From: Stanieria cyanosphaera PCC 7437
Lineage (GTDB): Bacteria > Cyanobacteriota > Cyanobacteriia > Cyanobacteriales > Xenococcaceae
Direction of reading: 5' to 3'
DNA: 64,000 nt
NCBI RefSeq assembly: GCF_000317575.1
Contig: NC_019748.1
Location: 2,299,199 to 2,363,198 of the forward strand
Shown here: positions 62,358 through 64,000 of the stretch, in pieces
Layout: each line of letters starts with the position of its first letter
How positions within the stretch are numbered: position 1 is the first letter of the stretch
Program-made: the position numbers and the translations under genes
The notes under the pieces: generated by a model
Database searches by the model: none
Told to the model about the DNA's origin: nothing
What the model saw: the letters and a program-made list of their open reading frames with translations, nothing else

Positions 62358-63452
62358 TTGTCAGTGAAATTTATGTCTCAACCTGTACTTTATCTTGCAA
62401 TTACCAGTCATGGTTTTGGTCATGCTGTTCGTACCGCTTCTGTCGCAGCAGCAGTTCAAAAACTTTGTCCTGAAATTCGCCTCATTTTTGCTACAGTTGC
62501 ACCCAAATGGTTATTGCAGTCTTATGTAGAAGGGGATTTTGATTATCATCCCCGTGTATTTGATGTGGGAGTAATTCAAAGCGATAGTTTGACAATGGAT
62601 AAATCAGCAACTTTAGCCAAAATGCAAGCTATCAAACAACAACAAACGGAAATTATTAAGGAAGAAGTTGATTTTATCCGACAAAACGAGGTTAGTTTAA
62701 TTTTAGCTGATATTCCACCTTTAGCTACTGCGATCGCACAAGCTGCGGATATTCCCTGTTGGATGATGAGTAATTTTGGTTGGGATTTAATCTATCGGAA
62801 TTGGGGAGAACCCTTTCAAGAAATTGTAACTTGGATTGAATCTTGTTACCAAAAATGCGATCGCACTTTTCGTCTTCCTCTTCATGAACCAATGAGTGCT
62901 TTTCCTAATATCATTGATGTGGGTTTAACTGGAGGAACACCTCGTTATACTTCGGAACAATTACAAGCTCAATTTAATCTTAAAACTTCTGTAGAAAAAA
63001 CTATTTTACTTACTTTTGGCGGGTTAGGATTACAAGCTATTCCGTATCAAAATTTATCTCAATTTTCTGATTGGCAATTTATTACTTTTGACCGACAAGC
63101 ACCAGACTTACCAAACCTAATTAAAATTACAGATAATCACTATCGTCCAGTTGATTTTATGCCGATTTGTGGCAGAGTAATTTCTAAACCAGGCTATAGT
63201 ACTTTTGCTGAAGCTTTACGTTTAGAAACACCAATTGTATCTTTAACCCGTCAAGATTTTGCCGAAGCTTCTTTTTTGCTTGAAGGAATTACTAATTATT
63301 CCCAGCATCAAATTATAACTCCCGAGCAATTTTGGCAAGGAAATTGGGAATTTCTGAGACAACCGCTGTTATCTCCTCGTTTAAGTTCTACTTTAGCTAA
63401 AGATGGTACAGAAACTATTGCTAAAGAGGTAATTAAATCTTTGTCAAACTAA
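62358..63452 (+). CDS. GT-B-fold glycosyltransferase (GT1/GT28-like)
   Basis: N-terminal ITSHGFGHAVRT Gly-rich loop. C-terminal KPGYSTFAEALRLETPIV resembles the donor-binding region. Confidence 0.45.
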   Translation: MSVKFMSQPVLYLAITSHGFGHAVRTASVAAAVQKLCPEIRLIFATVAPKWLLQSYVEGDFDYHPRVFDVGVIQSDSLTMDKSATLAKMQAIKQQQTEIIKEEVDFIRQNEVSLILADIPPLATAIAQAADIPCWMMSNFGWDLIYRNWGEPFQEIVTWIESCYQKCDRTFRLPLHEPMSAFPNIIDVGLTGGTPRYTSEQLQAQFNLKTSVEKTILLTFGGLGLQAIPYQNLSQFSDWQFITFDRQAPDLPNLIKITDNHYRPVDFMPICGRVISKPGYSTFAEALRLETPIVSLTRQDFAEASFLLEGITNYSQHQIITPEQFWQGNWEFLRQPLLSPRLSSTLAKDGTETIAKEVIKSLSN

Positions 63453-63978
63453 AGGAATTAATCATTTTTTTAGCAGTATCTAAAAATTTAGAATATTTAG
63501 CTCGTTCTGCTGTATAAGTCACGATATAAATTTTATCATTTTTAATAGTAAAAGTTTCCATCTGACGGAGATTTATACCATTTTCAATTCTCGAATAAAG
63601 TAAAGAACGAGCAGGTAGTTGAGCTAGTTTAGTTTTTTGTTGACTATAAATAGATAAAGTAGCATCTTTATTGCTCGCTAAACTATCAGTAATTCTTTCA
63701 CTATATTCATCTAAAGTACTTAAATCTTCAGTTAATTCCTCCACCGTAACTGAAACTTTTTCTTGAAATATATCTGCTTCAGATTCTAAAGGAGAATAAA
63801 AAACAACTACTTCTCCAGTGATAGGGTCTTCTAATTCTTCAAATGACCAATTTTCTGGATATCTGATCTCAAGATTATATTGATTATTAATATATAAAGC
63901 AAAATTTCTATACAAATTTTTTTCAAGACCAGCAAATAAAAGTAATAATGCTCCTATAAAAGGCAAAATTAATAACAT
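63433..63978 (-). CDS. hypothetical N-terminally membrane-anchored protein
   Basis: 181 aa with N-terminal TM helix. No motif recognised. Confidence 0.35.
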   Translation of the reverse strand: MLLILPFIGALLLLFAGLEKNLYRNFALYINNQYNLEIRYPENWSFEELEDPITGEVVVFYSPLESEADIFQEKVSVTVEELTEDLSTLDEYSERITDSLASNKDATLSIYSQQKTKLAQLPARSLLYSRIENGINLRQMETFTIKNDKIYIVTYTAERAKYSKFLDTAKKMINSFSLTKI

Positions 63979-64000
63979 CCAAACTAAAATTTTTTTCCAA

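Overview
This 64-kb window looks cyanobacterial and chromosomal. HIP1 (GCGATCGC) palindromes are abundant, the sequence is AT-rich, and STRR-like heptamer tandem repeats occur at several sites. Coding density is high, about 60 genes. Housekeeping genes include tRNA-Tyr and tRNA-Thr, rbgA, clpP, gmk with a DUF370 gene, mnmG, hslO, purS-purQ, phosphoketolase, a GH57 glycosidase and D-LDH. They are interspersed with accessory modules: a RimK/retropepsin/AstE-AspA triad; an ExoD plus P-type Ca2+-ATPase pair; a three-component NrtA/CmpA/CynA-type ABC transporter; an NfeD/flotillin/DUF29/flotillin cluster; a KaiC-like ATPase with REC and histidine kinase, next to a REC-PAS-GGDEF-EAL protein; an OmpR/HK two-component pair; a sigma-like plus DUF1822 pair; a Phd/YefM-RelE/ParE toxin-antitoxin pair; a solo IS200/IS605-family TnpB; a TPS-type (filamentous haemagglutinin N-terminal) exoprotein; and a truncated der (engA) 3' remnant. 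The most novel-looking signal is a ~110-nt conserved, apparently structured RNA element present in three same-orientation copies within 5.3 kb. Each copy lies in the 5' leader of a transport-related unit, and the copies show compensatory stem covariation and variable hairpin loops. I could not match it to any riboswitch class I know. Other non-coding signals are a ~52-unit CAGTGAC/CAGTTAT heptamer array between nfeD and floT, a MITE-like ~115-125-bp repeat family (2 full and 1 partial copy) flanked by TAATTAC/TAACTGA heptamers, and a GC-rich element after the tRNAs that shares a 17-mer with the TnpB left end. Many overlapping short ORFs in the supplied track were treated as spurious.
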